Of a stretch of DNA of 64,000 bases, positions 63,328 through 64,000 are shown piece after piece; within the stretch, counting starts at the first letter, position 1; every line of letters begins with the position of its first letter. The DNA comes from an uncultured Bacteroidales bacterium. Lineage in GTDB: Bacteria; Bacteroidota; Bacteroidia; Bacteroidales; VadinHA17. Both the position numbers and the translations under genes were made by a program. Below the pieces are notes generated by a model. That model saw only the letters and a program-made list of their open reading frames with translations. It did no database searches and had not been told where the DNA came from. Where the stretch lies: contig CAVORD010000006.1 in the NCBI GenBank assembly GCA_963698535.1, positions 26,881 to 90,880 on the forward strand, given 5' to 3'.

Positions 63328-64000
63328 TTACTTCTGAGAAATGACTTGAGACAGTTCTATACCGAAAAGTTCTTGGTACTTTTGAAAAAGGGATGTATCA
63401 AGCCAACTATAAAAATCTTTGATTACCTGGTCTCTTCCCTATCCCGACAATTCCTTTGAAGAGGGTACCCTATTGAAAATCTCCGTCTCAAGAGTACCAA
63501 GCATCTGCATTATACCGGTCTGCTCGACATTTATGACCCGGGAAATATCAATGTACTTCTTGCCCGAACCCCGGCTTATAGGGAAACACTTTTCTTTTAG
63601 TTGCAGCGATGCATCGCAAATAGGTGCATGGTAGTCCTTCCTGGCCTTAACTACCACGGGTAGGGAACCATCTGACGTAAGCCAGACTGGTACAGCTACC
63701 GAGGTTAAAGGAAATCCAAGAATTGTCCACATAACAGTATTAAGGGGGCTTTCGTCTCTGGCCGTTCCTACCACCATCATTACCGATGCTGTTGAATTTC
63801 GGGGAATAAAGTCCTCAAAAAACCGGTACGCCGGCTTATCTGAATTTTCAGGTAAATCTTTGGAAAGGTCGTCACCTGTAAGTGAGTGTGTAAGATTCCG
63901 GGAGATATTATTAATAAGGTACTGAGGGCTGTAACGACCGGTTGCCGCTACATCATAGAGGACATTTTCAGCAGTAGCATATCTGATATACCCTGCACCT
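63328..64000 (-). CDS. Partial hypothetical protein (possibly peptidase C45/Ntn-hydrolase-like), 5' end outside window; frameshift ~63440
   Basis: Frame open from the window edge (GYIRYATA...FEDFIPRNSTAS...TVMWTILGFP); an alternative frame continues QVIKDFYSWLD...QK* to 63328. Confidence 0.5.

Overview
Chromosomal window from a Bacteroidota (probably Bacteroidales) genome, judged from TAnnTTTG promoters, SusC/SusD, T9SS C-terminal domains and lipoprotein signals. About a dozen genes are split by single-base indels, most likely long-read consensus errors. From left to right: (1) a partial ABC-F ATPase; (2) a SusD-less TonB-receptor locus with two DUF5689-type lipoproteins, three secreted nucleases and a T9SS protein, a candidate extracellular nucleic-acid utilisation locus; (3) lipase, rlmD, a stand-alone PP2C phosphatase and an OLD-like ABC ATPase with a degenerate TOPRIM; (4) tRNA-Ser(GCT) followed by a ~196-bp tandem array; (5) an ECF sigma factor with a coiled-coil lipoprotein and L,D-transpeptidase cluster; (6) a NucA-type nuclease, an orphan LytS-type kinase, trkH and outer-membrane proteins; (7) a glpD-like / alkyl-DHAP-synthase-like / FGGY kinase operon; (8) tRNA-Pro(TGG) followed by a 111-bp tandem array; (9) a complete alginate PUL (two PL6, PL17, kdgF, MFS, SDR, kdgK, eda, SusCD, FadR-type regulator with a double operator). 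The most striking unexplained structure is a shared non-coding architecture behind both tRNAs: a ~120-nt hairpin closed by a perfect 17-bp stem that starts at the tRNA 3' end, overlaps the terminator and has a GCTTGC apex. It is followed by a shared ACAGG(G)ATCACG...GAGCGA..CGA..GTAATCC core that is tandemly amplified. All family assignments come from motif recognition by eye; no database searches were run.
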